From Gemmatimonadaceae bacterium (lineage in GTDB: Bacteria > Gemmatimonadota > Gemmatimonadetes > Gemmatimonadales > Gemmatimonadaceae): a stretch of 64,000 nucleotides of DNA. The stretch's first letter is position 1. Every line of letters starts with the position of its first letter. The translations under genes were made by a program, and so were the position numbers. Where the stretch lies: positions 128,001 through 192,000 of the forward strand of contig JBJMOW010000006.1 of assembly GCA_045803545.1 (NCBI GenBank), written 5' to 3'. Shown here piece by piece: positions 28,428 to 41,408 of this stretch. The notes beneath the pieces are model-generated. The model searched no databases and had not been told where the DNA came from. It saw only the letters and a list, made by a program, of their open reading frames with translations.

Positions 28428-29192
28428 ATGCGCGTCGCCCACCTTGTCTCCGCAGGAATGTTGCTTGTTGCAGTTGGCGCGCGTGCCGGCGCCCAGTCGG
28501 CCGCCGACCACATTGCGCTCGGGGACAAAGAATACGTCGCGATGCACGCTCCCGCCGCCCTCGAGCATTACGAAGCGGCGTTAAAGGAAGATCCCAAGAG
28601 CTACGACGCCTTGTGGAAGGCGTCGCGATCGGCAGTCGATCTCGGTGAGTTCGAGAAGGACGACGCCAAGCGAGACGATTACTTCAAGCGGGGCGAGCTG
28701 TACGCGCGGCGGGCGGTTGAAGCCAATCCCAATGACGCCGAAGGGCATTTCAACCTCGCCCGGGCACTTGGCAGGAACGCGCTGACCCAGAGCCCGCGCG
28801 GTCGCGTGAAGTACGCTTCCGACGTACGAAATCATGCGCTCGAATGCCTGAAATTGAATCCGAAGCATGCGGGCTGCCTGCACGTCATGGGGATGTGGAA
28901 CGCCGAAGTCATGCGACTCAACGGCTTCACGCGAATGATCGCCAAAAACTTCCTTGGCGGAAAAGTCTTCAGCTCGGCGAGCTGGGACGAAGCAAAACGC
29001 TACATGGAGGAGTCGGTGGCGGCAGATCCTGAGCGGATCACCCACCGTGTCGACCTGGCGGGCGTTTATCGGGACACCGGCGACAAGGCTAAGGCGCGCG
29101 CCGAATGGCAGGCAGTGATGAAGCTGCCCAATCGCGACTACAACGACCGCTATTACAAGGGTGAAGCAGACTCGGGGCTAAGGTCGACCTGA
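28428..29192 (+). CDS. Secreted TPR-like helical repeat protein
   Basis: GGAG SD, signal peptide, TPR-like A..A...NP..AEGHF repeats. Confidence 0.8.
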   Translation: MRVAHLVSAGMLLVAVGARAGAQSAADHIALGDKEYVAMHAPAALEHYEAALKEDPKSYDALWKASRSAVDLGEFEKDDAKRDDYFKRGELYARRAVEANPNDAEGHFNLARALGRNALTQSPRGRVKYASDVRNHALECLKLNPKHAGCLHVMGMWNAEVMRLNGFTRMIAKNFLGGKVFSSASWDEAKRYMEESVAADPERITHRVDLAGVYRDTGDKAKARAEWQAVMKLPNRDYNDRYYKGEADSGLRST

Positions 29193-29494
29193 GTCGAGGC
29201 GAGATCGAGCTCCGCAGCCAGCTGTTCCCAGAGGTCGTCATCCTCCTGGCGTCTCACCTTGTTTGCAATGCGATGCCGGGTTTCTTCTCCGCTGGCCGGA
29301 GCGAGTAGCAGGGCAACCGACGCCCCGAGGATTGCACCGAGAGCTATACCAGTGGCGAACAACCCGATCGCACTCCAGTCCGGCACCATTTCAACCGGGG
29401 CATCGTCGGGGCGAGGCTGAGGGATCGACCCGGGTCGGGGTGCCTTTGGAATCGACGAGGTCAAAGGTTCAGAGGGGGTCGAAGTATCGAACAT
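29153..29494 (-). CDS. YtxH-domain-containing protein
   Basis: GIALGAILGASVALLLAPASGEETR. Confidence 0.8.
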   Translation of the reverse strand: MFDTSTPSEPLTSSIPKAPRPGSIPQPRPDDAPVEMVPDWSAIGLFATGIALGAILGASVALLLAPASGEETRHRIANKVRRQEDDDLWEQLAAELDLASTQVDLSPESASPL

Positions 29495-29563
29495 AGGCTA
29501 ACTCTAGGGATGGTAAGAAATTTGCCCTATACCGACCCAGCAATAGCCGTGCGAGGATACTGA

Positions 29564-29942
29564 ATGAGCAATTCAGGTAAAATGGTATTACTGGTAGAAG
29601 ACAACGAAGACAATCGAATCGTCTATTCCACCATCCTGAAGCATTTTGGGTACGAGGTCACCGAAGCATTAAACGGTGAAGAAGGGATTGCAAAGGCTCG
29701 ATCGGAAAAGCCCGATCTGATCCTGATGGATATCTCCATCCCGATCATTGATGGCTGGGAGGCGACGCAAGTGCTGAAGCACGATCCCTCAACCAAATCG
29801 ATCCCGATCATCGCGCTGACCGCGCACGCGCTCGCCTCTGACCGTGAGAAAGCGATGGAAGTCGGCTGCGACGGATACCTCGCCAAGCCATGCGAGCCTA
29901 GAGCCGTGGTCGCTGAAGTTCAACGCTTCCTCGGCAAAAACA

Positions 29943-29953
<11 letters not shown>
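29564..29953 (+). CDS. Single-domain response regulator (DivK-like)
   Basis: VEDNEDN, PDLILMDISIP, ALTAHA, GCDGYLAKP. Confidence 0.92.
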
Positions 29954-33081
<3,128 letters not shown>

Positions 33082-33097
33082 AATCGTCCTAGATCGC

Positions 33098-33643
33098 ATG
33101 GCAACCAGAGAGGGTCCAGAGTTGATAGGTCTCGCGCAACGCACGCTGCGCGATTTGCGGCTGCGCGTCGCCGGCGCCAGTGGCGGCGGCCCCGACGCAC
33201 TGCGCGAGGCTGGATACGCTGGGGCACCATCTCTGTTCGACGCCTTCGAGCAATGGCTCGAGGAGCGCGGATTCGGCCGCGCCGAAGATCTGGAAATCGA
33301 CGAGTTCTCCCAGCGCGCGGGTGAATTCTTTGAGAATGCCGGTTGGGGCGGCGTGACGTTCCGCTCGCTCCACGATGCGCTCGCGGTGATCGACATCGAG
33401 GATTGCTGGGAGGCACAGCTGCACGGCGAAGGCGAGCGCGGCTGCCATCTCACCACGGGCACTCTCGCCGGGTTCCTCGGCTGCCTCGCCGATTATCCAG
33501 TCGGGGTGATGGAGATCGAGTGTTCGACCGGATCTCCGGCGCGGTGTCGGTTCTTAGCGGGGAACGCAGAGATGCTCGAGCACGCGTACGAGCGAATTGC
33601 GCGGGGAGAATCGTGGGAGACTATTGGCGCTGGAGAGTTCTAA
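33098..33643 (+). CDS. V4R (4VR) domain protein
   Basis: GWG, CWE, CHLTTGTLAG, EIEC....CRF pattern. Confidence 0.82.
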   Translation: MATREGPELIGLAQRTLRDLRLRVAGASGGGPDALREAGYAGAPSLFDAFEQWLEERGFGRAEDLEIDEFSQRAGEFFENAGWGGVTFRSLHDALAVIDIEDCWEAQLHGEGERGCHLTTGTLAGFLGCLADYPVGVMEIECSTGSPARCRFLAGNAEMLEHAYERIARGESWETIGAGEF

Positions 33644-33644
33644 A

Positions 33645-33861
33645 GCTGCGGGAGGAGAGCTAACAGATTGTTGCGAGCTGCGGGCTAGTTGCGAGATGAG
33701 AGCTAACTGCGAGACGAGGGCTCGCTGCGAAATGAGGGCTTGCTGCGAAATGAGGGCATTGCGAACAAATCGGAAGGGCGGCTAGCTCTGAACCCGCAAC
33801 TAGCCCGCAGCTCGCAACCAGCCCGCAGCTCGCAACAATTTGTTAGCTCTCATCCCGCAGC
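33645..33861. repeat. Gene-less inverted-repeat element of the same family as 26227-27045
   Basis: Starts with GCTGCGGGAGGAGAGCTAAC, identical to 26260-26279; 33645-33695 pairs with 33811-33861 (3 differences); four degenerate 18-bp units inside. Confidence 0.92.
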
Positions 33862-33863
33862 TT

Positions 33864-34394
33864 TTACTCGGGTTCGAGGGCTTCTGCGTACAATGGATTG
33901 AGCACGAGCTCTCCATCGACGAGGATTTCGCGGTCCCAGGGCAGAACGATCGTGCTCTCGGTCGCAACCGCGTGAAAATCGGGAGCGAACGGGCCGGTGC
34001 GAAATGCAACCGCGGTGCGAACGTCCACCGCACCGGCATCCAGAACGGCCGCTGTAGCCAATCTGATCGTGTCGCCGGAGTCGCAGGTTTCATCCACGAT
34101 CAGCACCCGTCGACCTCGCACATCACGCGGTGCAGTGCCGAATACTTCCGGCGATTCGCGGAAATACTCGGCGTGGTATTTCCGGCTGACCATCAGCGAG
34201 TGAAACTCGCGTCCAAGAATTGCCGCGATGACCGCTCCGGGAATCACCCCAGCAGTCGCGATGCCGATTACGACCTCGGGGTCATAGGCGCGAGCGACCT
34301 TCAGAGCCAGTCCGCGAGATAGCTCGCCGAACAGCGGCCACTCGATTTCGAGCACGCCTTTGGCAGCATCTACTGTCCGTTTGCGCGGTGACAT
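33864..34394 (-). CDS. Phosphoribosyltransferase family protein
   Basis: PRPP-binding loop VLIVDETCDSGDT. Confidence 0.88.
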   Translation of the reverse strand: MSPRKRTVDAAKGVLEIEWPLFGELSRGLALKVARAYDPEVVIGIATAGVIPGAVIAAILGREFHSLMVSRKYHAEYFRESPEVFGTAPRDVRGRRVLIVDETCDSGDTIRLATAAVLDAGAVDVRTAVAFRTGPFAPDFHAVATESTIVLPWDREILVDGELVLNPLYAEALEPE

Positions 34395-34471
34395 TTCGCT
34401 CTCAAATGGTTCAGGGAAAAGCAGTTAGGTTAAGCTAGCCCTCTAAACTGATAGTCGGTAGATTCGACCAA

Positions 34472-34957
34472 ATGTCAATCTGGGACCGCTTGACGGGCGG
34501 CGGAAAACCGAAGCCTCGTCAGCCCGACAATCTCGACTACCTCAGCGAGGCGCTGGCGTTGGAACGCCAGGGTGACTACGACGCCGCGCTGACGTCATAT
34601 CGGCTTGCCCTCAGACAGAAACCCAACAATCACAAGGTTTTGCAGAACATGGCCATCGCTTACTCAAAGCTTGGTCAGCTCGACGAAGCCGTTCGCTGTT
34701 ATCGGCGCGCGCTAACAATCGAGCCCAAGCTTTCAGGAGCGCACTACGGCCTGGCCTTTCTTCTCTTGCGTCGCGGTGATGTAAGCGACGCTGCATATCA
34801 TCTCGAAGCGTTTCTGATCGATCCCCCACGCAGTCCCGAAGCCGAACGCTGGGTGAAGCACGCACAAAAAACACTCGACGAGATGAAAGGCTCCGCCGAA
34901 CCTCCTCCATCGAGCCCCAAGGTGAGAGCGAGCGAGATCCCGGGGATTCTAGAGTAG
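34472..34957 (+). CDS. Tetratricopeptide repeat protein
   Basis: Three TPR motifs (GDYDAAL..YRLAL, GQLDEAV..YRRAL). Confidence 0.88.
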   Translation: MSIWDRLTGGGKPKPRQPDNLDYLSEALALERQGDYDAALTSYRLALRQKPNNHKVLQNMAIAYSKLGQLDEAVRCYRRALTIEPKLSGAHYGLAFLLLRRGDVSDAAYHLEAFLIDPPRSPEAERWVKHAQKTLDEMKGSAEPPPSSPKVRASEIPGILE

Positions 34958-35725
34958 ATGGGAGCTGTCCTCGCCGTCGTAAGCCAGAAGGGAGGAGTCG
35001 GCAAAACCACCACCGCAGTCAATCTCGCCGCTGCATTCGCGCGACGCGGGATGAAGACACTGTTGATCGACGTCGACCCACAGGGGTCGGTGCGATATGG
35101 TGCCGGACTTCAACGCGGACACGAGACTGCCGGCTTCGCAGATTATCTCAATGGCACTCGCACTCTCAGGGAGATAATTCTCCCCACCGCGCTGCCCTGG
35201 CTCCGCGTTATTCTCGCCGGATCCGTCGCAGATGAAGCGGATCACGCCGTCTATTCCCAGCTGGTGCGCGAGACCAACGTGCTCCAGGAGCTCTTGCAGA
35301 TGGCCGAACAGCGGTGCCAGGTAGTGGTCGTCGACACTCCGCCTGGACTCGGCTCCATCGCGCGAAAAGTTCTCGGCGGGGCCGAGCACGTGATCGTGCC
35401 GCTGCAGTGCGAGCCGCTGGCGCTGCAGACGACGCCACAAATCCTGCGAATGATTCAGGACATCGTCGGCGTCAATGAACGGCTCACGCTCGACGGTATA
35501 CTTCTCACGATGTTCGAAGAGAACAATCCGGCCAGCGACCGGGTAGTTGAATACGTGAGAAGGCATCTCCCCGCCAACATCGTTTTCGACGTCGTCATTC
35601 CGCGCACGGTCGCGACTGCCGACGCATTTGCTGCCGGTCAACCCGTCGTTGTCCGCAGTCCGGCCGACGCTGCCGCACAGGCTTATGTGAACCTCGCCAC
35701 CATTCTCGCCGACCGGCTGGTATGA
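34958..35725 (+). CDS. ParA/Soj family ATPase
   Basis: Deviant Walker A QKGGVGKTT, DVDPQG, DTPP. Confidence 0.93.
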   Translation: MGAVLAVVSQKGGVGKTTTAVNLAAAFARRGMKTLLIDVDPQGSVRYGAGLQRGHETAGFADYLNGTRTLREIILPTALPWLRVILAGSVADEADHAVYSQLVRETNVLQELLQMAEQRCQVVVVDTPPGLGSIARKVLGGAEHVIVPLQCEPLALQTTPQILRMIQDIVGVNERLTLDGILLTMFEENNPASDRVVEYVRRHLPANIVFDVVIPRTVATADAFAAGQPVVVRSPADAAAQAYVNLATILADRLV

Positions 35726-36534
35726 TCTCGAGATTTGGCGCCGCGCGATCAGCGCGTGGGAGAGCCATTGGATTCGTCGCCGGCTTCGTTGGGGTCGTTG
35801 CGGTGCCGTCGATCATCGCGCTTGCCTGCAACGACATCAGCGGTAACTCCGATTCGATTCTTTCACTTCAGTTCGATACACTCGCCTCGCCGTCAGTAGT
35901 CGTCGGCGATACGCTGCGCGACACGAGTGGCAAGGTCGTGCTTCCGACGGTTCACGCGTTCAACTACAAAGGCGGCGAGATCACGTCCGCGACAATCTAT
36001 TTTCAGTCGCCGGATTCGGGCGTGACGGTCGATAGCGCAACCGGAGTCATCGTTGGCGACAGCCTGAGATCGACTCCGGCGAGAATTATTGCGACCGTCG
36101 GCAAGCTGCAGGCGATTCAGCGGATCAATCTTACTCTGAGACCTGATACAATCGTTCCATCCAACGCCGTCGATACGATTTTTTTCTCTCTGCTCGATAG
36201 CACCAGGGACACCTCAGAGGTGATGAAAGTCAAACTGCTACACGGCCTGGCGACTAGCGACAGCGTCGTCAGCAATTACATCGTGAGTTTCGCGATTGTA
36301 TCGCAGAGCAATCCGAATCTCGCAGACCTGATAACCGAAGGCGGCAAGCTCTCGCGGGTCGACACAACCGACGGCAGTGGCATAGCGGGACGCAAGATTC
36401 TGGTGCATCCTGTGAACCTCGGCAGCGCCACCGCGGTCGACTCGGTGATTGTGCAGGCCACGGCTAAATATCGCGGGCAGTTGGTAGCGGGCAGTCCAGT
36501 GCGATTGGTCGTTGTGCTTCAGCCCGGCAGCTAG
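35722..36534 (+). CDS. Hypothetical lipoprotein, beta-rich/Ig-like
   Basis: Lipobox ALAC; ATGA overlap with parA. Confidence 0.72.
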   Translation: MISRFGAARSARGRAIGFVAGFVGVVAVPSIIALACNDISGNSDSILSLQFDTLASPSVVVGDTLRDTSGKVVLPTVHAFNYKGGEITSATIYFQSPDSGVTVDSATGVIVGDSLRSTPARIIATVGKLQAIQRINLTLRPDTIVPSNAVDTIFFSLLDSTRDTSEVMKVKLLHGLATSDSVVSNYIVSFAIVSQSNPNLADLITEGGKLSRVDTTDGSGIAGRKILVHPVNLGSATAVDSVIVQATAKYRGQLVAGSPVRLVVVLQPGS

Positions 36535-36561
36535 ACTTTTCCTCGAGAGGGTGAGCAATAC

Positions 36562-38415
36562 GTGATGCAAGCCAGAGGAGGACCGCGCCCGACTCCGGGC
36601 ACGCTCAATCAACTTTTCTTCGACGCCGCGGACAGGTTCAAGAAACCAAATGCGCTGCAGTACAGAAAGGACGGCGCATATCGGCCGATTTCTCACGCCG
36701 AAATCGTTGAGCGCGTACGACACCTGGCGCGCGGTCTGGCATCGCTGGGGATTCGTCGCGGCGATCGCGTTGCGATCCTTTCCGAGAACCGGCCGGAGTG
36801 GGCGATTGCCGACTTCGCATGCCTCACTGGCGGGATGACCGATGTTCCCATCTATCCTACCATTCCATCGGAGCAGATCGCGTACATCCTCAAGGATTCG
36901 GGCGCCGCCGCAATCTTCGTTTCCAATCAGGTCCAGGCCGAGAAGATACGCGAGATAAGGAGTCAGCTTTCGGCGCTCAAGGCGGTCATCGGATTCGACG
37001 AGCTTCCCGGACTCGCCAACATGTCGATCGCGGAGCTGGAGAAGCGCGGCACCCAGGGTGAGAACCGTGAGACGATCGCCACATACCGCGAAGACGCGAT
37101 GACGGTGCGGCCGGACGACATCGCTACAATTATCTACACATCAGGAACCACGGGCGAGCCGAAGGGCGTGATGCTGACCCACGACAACATCTATTCAAAC
37201 GTCCAGGCAGCTCGCACTGCGATTCCGTTCGAAGGCGAGGATACGGCGCTCAGTTTTCTACCGCTGTCGCATATCTTCGAGCGGATGGGCGGTCATTATC
37301 TGATGTGGGCGACCGGCACCTCGATCGCGTACGCCGAGTCGATCGACACGGTGCCGATCAATCTGCAGGAAGTGAAACCGACGATCGTCCTATCCGTGCC
37401 GCGACTCTACGAGAAGATGTACGCCCGCGTACTCGAGACGGCGCTCACCGGCGGTTTTCTGAAGAAGAAGATTTTTTTCTGGGCGCGTAGTGTCGCAGAT
37501 CGTTGGGCCTCAGAGCGCCTCGCTGGCCGCACCCCGGCTGGAATGTTGGCGAGCCAATACGGAATTGCGCAGAAGCTGGTCTTCTCCAAACTCAAGGCGA
37601 GAACTGGCGGCCGCCTCAGATACTTCGTTTCAGGCGGCGCTCCTCTCGCCCCGGAGATCAACAAGTTCTTTTATGCGGCGGGTCTCGAGATCCTCGAGGG
37701 ATACGGGCTGACGGAAACTTCGCCCGTCATCGCCGTGAACACACCGGAGAACTTCCAGATCGGAACCGTCGGCAAGCCCATTGATGGAGTCGAGGTCGAG
37801 ATCGCAGCTGACGGTGAGATTCTGACGCGCGGCCCGCACGTCATGAAAGGCTACTACAACAAGCCTGACGCGACGCGCGAAGCCATTGATCCCGACGGTT
37901 GGTTTCACACCGGAGACATTGGCGAGATTCGCGACGGCTTCCTCGCCATCACCGATCGCAAAAAAGACATCATCGTCACCGCTGGTGGGAAAAATATCGC
38001 GCCACAACCGCTGGAGAATAAAGTCAAAACCAACAAGTACATTGCTCAGGCGGTAATGATCGGCGACAAGCGGAAGTTCCCGTCGATGTTGGTCGTCCCG
38101 AATTTCGACCAGCTCGAGAAATGGGCGATGAAGCGCAACATCATCTGGACCGATCGTGCTCAGCTGCTGCGGATGCCGACGATTCAGGCGAAGATGGAGC
38201 GCGAGGTGGCGACGGAGCTCAAGGGCGCCGCGCATTTCGAGGTGCCGAAGAAAATCGGCTTGCTGGAGCACGATTTCTCTATCGAGAGTGGCGAGCTGAC
38301 GCCGACGCAGAAGGTCAAACGTCGTGTCATCGACAAGAATTACAAAGCGCTGATCGACTCGCTATACGATGAAGCTGAGAAGACTGGCGTAACCGACCAG
38401 CACGCGATCGCCTGA
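36562..38415 (+). CDS. Long-chain fatty acid-CoA ligase (AMP-binding)
   Basis: YTSGTTGEPKG, EGYGLTE, GWFHTGD, DRKKD. Confidence 0.93.
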   Translation: MMQARGGPRPTPGTLNQLFFDAADRFKKPNALQYRKDGAYRPISHAEIVERVRHLARGLASLGIRRGDRVAILSENRPEWAIADFACLTGGMTDVPIYPTIPSEQIAYILKDSGAAAIFVSNQVQAEKIREIRSQLSALKAVIGFDELPGLANMSIAELEKRGTQGENRETIATYREDAMTVRPDDIATIIYTSGTTGEPKGVMLTHDNIYSNVQAARTAIPFEGEDTALSFLPLSHIFERMGGHYLMWATGTSIAYAESIDTVPINLQEVKPTIVLSVPRLYEKMYARVLETALTGGFLKKKIFFWARSVADRWASERLAGRTPAGMLASQYGIAQKLVFSKLKARTGGRLRYFVSGGAPLAPEINKFFYAAGLEILEGYGLTETSPVIAVNTPENFQIGTVGKPIDGVEVEIAADGEILTRGPHVMKGYYNKPDATREAIDPDGWFHTGDIGEIRDGFLAITDRKKDIIVTAGGKNIAPQPLENKVKTNKYIAQAVMIGDKRKFPSMLVVPNFDQLEKWAMKRNIIWTDRAQLLRMPTIQAKMEREVATELKGAAHFEVPKKIGLLEHDFSIESGELTPTQKVKRRVIDKNYKALIDSLYDEAEKTGVTDQHAIA

Positions 38416-39249
38416 TTAACGCTTGCGACCAACCGCGAGTAAGTGGGCGCTGCTACCAATCACGAATGGCTCCCGCTCAAGCATCCGCGCGACGCTGAGG
38501 ATCATTGCCCTGCGTTCGGGATTCTGCCAGCGCTCGGAAAAATCCGTCAGCAGCCACGCCGGCCCTTCTATTCCATAGAGGTTTTCCACCGCCAGCCCGC
38601 CTAGTGCGAGCTCATCCGACAGTTCGTCAGGGCGATGGAAGTAAGCGGTGGTGAAGAAATCGGCTCGCTCCGTTTCGTTGCGGTGCTGCCCTTCCCGAAT
38701 ATCGCGATCGACGATTCCTGCAAATCGCTTGTCGAGGAACAGCTCACGAGCCAGGCCATCAAGTGCCGACGCCCAGCGAGAGATCGCGGCGGCGAACAGA
38801 ACTCCACCGCGCTGCAGCACGCGGCATCCCTCGCGCAGCGCCGTCACTCTGTCTTCGGCTTCGGTCAGATGGTAAAGCGGACCGAGCATCAGAACGACCG
38901 ACACACTTTCGTCGTCGGCCGGAATATTTCGCGCGTCTCCGACGCTGCACGCGATCAGGCGGTGCGAGGCCGTTGAGTTGCGATACCGTGCTTCCTCGAT
39001 CAAACGAGGAGAGGCGTCGACGAGCTGCACCTGATAGCCGCGTTCCGCGAGCCAGAAGGCATACACGCCGGCACCACCACCAACATCGACGACCTCGGCC
39101 GGTGCTTTCGGCAGATGTCGCTCGATCAGCTCGCGGGTGCGCGCCTCCTCGAGAGGGCCAGGCCCGAATTGCAGCCGGGTCTCTTCGGCGTTCCGCTGAT
39201 AATAGGCCTCTATGTGCGGGTCGAAGCGAGGTGGCGCGCTGTCGCTCAT
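38416..39249 (-). CDS. Class I SAM-dependent methyltransferase
   Basis: VVDVGGGAG, GDAR, LGPLYHL. Confidence 0.9.
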   Translation of the reverse strand: MSDSAPPRFDPHIEAYYQRNAEETRLQFGPGPLEEARTRELIERHLPKAPAEVVDVGGGAGVYAFWLAERGYQVQLVDASPRLIEEARYRNSTASHRLIACSVGDARNIPADDESVSVVLMLGPLYHLTEAEDRVTALREGCRVLQRGGVLFAAAISRWASALDGLARELFLDKRFAGIVDRDIREGQHRNETERADFFTTAYFHRPDELSDELALGGLAVENLYGIEGPAWLLTDFSERWQNPERRAMILSVARMLEREPFVIGSSAHLLAVGRKR

Positions 39250-39722
39250 CGATGGGTGGGGACAGCATCATACACTTCAATTCCAATCAGAATGAATTGA
39301 GGCGGCTGAGTTGGCATCACAATGTCGGACACCCATATCACAACAAATTTCTCCGGTACGAGAGCGCTCAGGGATTGACGGCGACCGTCCTGAGACTCGA
39401 TCGGCAAGCAGGTCGGGGTTTGAAAGACAGGTTCAGGATAGGGATAGGAGCCACCTCCAATCCCATTTGTCGAGACCGTCAGGATTCCAGAAGTCGAATC
39501 GTAACTTTGAATGAAAGCGCTGATGTTCCTGCCGCGACGATCCAGCGGGCGGTTGCACGATCGCGTCACCGTGATTGTGGTGCCGGCTCCTCGAAAAGGT
39601 ACCCGGCTTATTGAGGGCAGCGTCGCCCTCGACCTCAGTTGCGCCGACGCGGTAGTGAGACAAGCTGATACTGCGCTGACCCCAAGAACCAGGAAACCGA
39701 TGGTGACGGCATTCGCGCGCAT
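39246..39722 (-). CDS. Hypothetical exported protein
   Basis: Strong GGAGG SD, signal-peptide-like N-terminus, ATGA overlap with the downstream gene; no motif recognised. Confidence 0.5.
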   Translation of the reverse strand: MRANAVTIGFLVLGVSAVSACLTTASAQLRSRATLPSISRVPFRGAGTTITVTRSCNRPLDRRGRNISAFIQSYDSTSGILTVSTNGIGGGSYPYPEPVFQTPTCLPIESQDGRRQSLSALVPEKFVVIWVSDIVMPTQPPQFILIGIEVYDAVPTHR

Positions 39723-39847
39723 TGCTCCTCCCTACGTCCGCTGATTGGCGCCCGGCCCCGTTCACAAATACGTTACAACGCTTCAACGATCCGGGAATAG
39801 TTTATTCCCTGGCACGGAGTTCCGCACTTCACCGGTTAGACACACCA

Positions 39848-40873
39848 ATGACGAAATTCGCCAGTATCCTCGAGACCGTCGGCAGAACGCCGATTGTGAA
39901 GATCAATCGCATTGCGCCGGCGAACGTCAACATGTATGTCAAAATCGAAGCCTTCAACCCGCTCGGGTCGGTCAAAGACCGCCTCGCCCTCGGCGTGATC
40001 GAAGATGCAGAGAAGAAAGGCCAGCTCAAGCCGGGTCAAACCGTGGTCGAAGCCACGAGCGGTAACACCGGAATTGGCTTGGCGATGGTGTGCGCGGCGA
40101 AGGGCTACCCGCTCGTCGTCACCATGGCGGAATCGTTCAGCGTCGAGCGCCGCAAATTGATGCGGTTCCTCGGCGCAAAGGTTGTATTGACGCCGGCGCC
40201 CGAGGGCGGAACAGGCATGGTCAGGAAAGCGAACGCGCTGGCGAAGAAAAATGGCTGGTTCCTCACGCGTCAGTTCGAGAACGAAGCGAATGCCGATTAT
40301 CACTCACGGACGACTGCACGCGAGATCGTCGATGATTTCAACGGCGAGCGACTCGATTACTGGGTAACAGGCTTTGGAACCGGCGGCACACTCAAGGGCG
40401 TCGGAAGAGTGCTGGAGAAAGAGAGGCCCGAGGTGAAAATCATTTTGGCCGAGCCCGCCGACGCCCCGATGGTGAGCAGCAAGACGGCACAGGAGCGAAA
40501 CGCAGATGGGTCACCCGCAAGCCGTCACCCCTCGTGGAAGCCACACCCGATTCAGGGTTGGAGCCCGGATTTCATCCCGAAGCTCACGGGCGATGCGATG
40601 GAGATGTCACTGGTAGATCGGGTCATCACGATCCCCGGGCCCGTGGCAATGAATTGGAGCAAGCAGCTCGCGCAAAAGGAAGGAATCTTCGTTGGCATAT
40701 CAGCGGGCGCTTCCTTCGCGGCCGCACTCGAGGTAGCAAATGGTGCTCCGAAGGGCACAACGATTCTGGCGATGCTACCCGACACCGGCGAGCGCTATCT
40801 CAGCACGCCGCTGTTCGCTGACATTGTGCCGGAGATGAACGAGGAAGAGGCTGCCCTGGCAGCATCGGTTTAG
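39848..40873 (+). CDS. cysK: Cysteine synthase A
   Basis: NPLGSVKDR (PLP lysine), ATSGNTG, GTGGT, PDTGERYLST. Confidence 0.95.
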   Translation: MTKFASILETVGRTPIVKINRIAPANVNMYVKIEAFNPLGSVKDRLALGVIEDAEKKGQLKPGQTVVEATSGNTGIGLAMVCAAKGYPLVVTMAESFSVERRKLMRFLGAKVVLTPAPEGGTGMVRKANALAKKNGWFLTRQFENEANADYHSRTTAREIVDDFNGERLDYWVTGFGTGGTLKGVGRVLEKERPEVKIILAEPADAPMVSSKTAQERNADGSPASRHPSWKPHPIQGWSPDFIPKLTGDAMEMSLVDRVITIPGPVAMNWSKQLAQKEGIFVGISAGASFAAALEVANGAPKGTTILAMLPDTGERYLSTPLFADIVPEMNEEEAALAASV

Positions 40874-40897
40874 CCGAGCAGCTAGAGCGCCTCGCGC

Positions 40898-41383
40898 TCA
40901 CCCAATCCGTGGCAGGGAATCGTGGCTGGGGAAGCCACCGGCGTCGAGTTCCTGTGATTCGGAGTCGGTGATTCGCAGCACTGCAAACGCTTCGTGCGAG
41001 AGCACGCCGAGCATTAGCTCGCCGTCCCGGTAAAGGATCGGATCTTCGAACCATCCGTCCTGCCAGGGATCGTACTGAAAAAAACCCTCCCTGAGCGCGT
41101 CCTTCAGAGCGATGATCGATGTTTCGTTCAGCGCCCACCGTTCAGTGGGACGAGACAGATCATCCGCCGTGCGACCACTCATTCGCTCCAGTTTCGCCTC
41201 GCCAAGCGAGAGCGGGCGCACCAGTTCGTCGAACTGTTCCCATCTATCTCCGGCACCACTCGCTTTGCTCGAGAGAAAGTCGATCGTGAACTCGTTCGCA
41301 CCGAGACTCATGCACCATTCGACGAGCTTCCAGCTCTTCGCGACGGAGTAATCGCTCGGAATTAGATATCGTTTGATCAACAA
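40898..41383 (-). CDS. Hypothetical protein
   Basis: 161-aa ORF co-directional with the upstream operon; no motif recognised. Confidence 0.6.
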   Translation of the reverse strand: MLIKRYLIPSDYSVAKSWKLVEWCMSLGANEFTIDFLSSKASGAGDRWEQFDELVRPLSLGEAKLERMSGRTADDLSRPTERWALNETSIIALKDALREGFFQYDPWQDGWFEDPILYRDGELMLGVLSHEAFAVLRITDSESQELDAGGFPSHDSLPRIG

Positions 41384-41408
41384 TCGTCGGTGAGCTTGGT
41401 CACGTGAC

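Noticed and set aside
33597..33785. Cys-rich small ORF (CEMRA repeats)
   Set aside because: It is a translation of the repeat element and overlaps the V4R gene.
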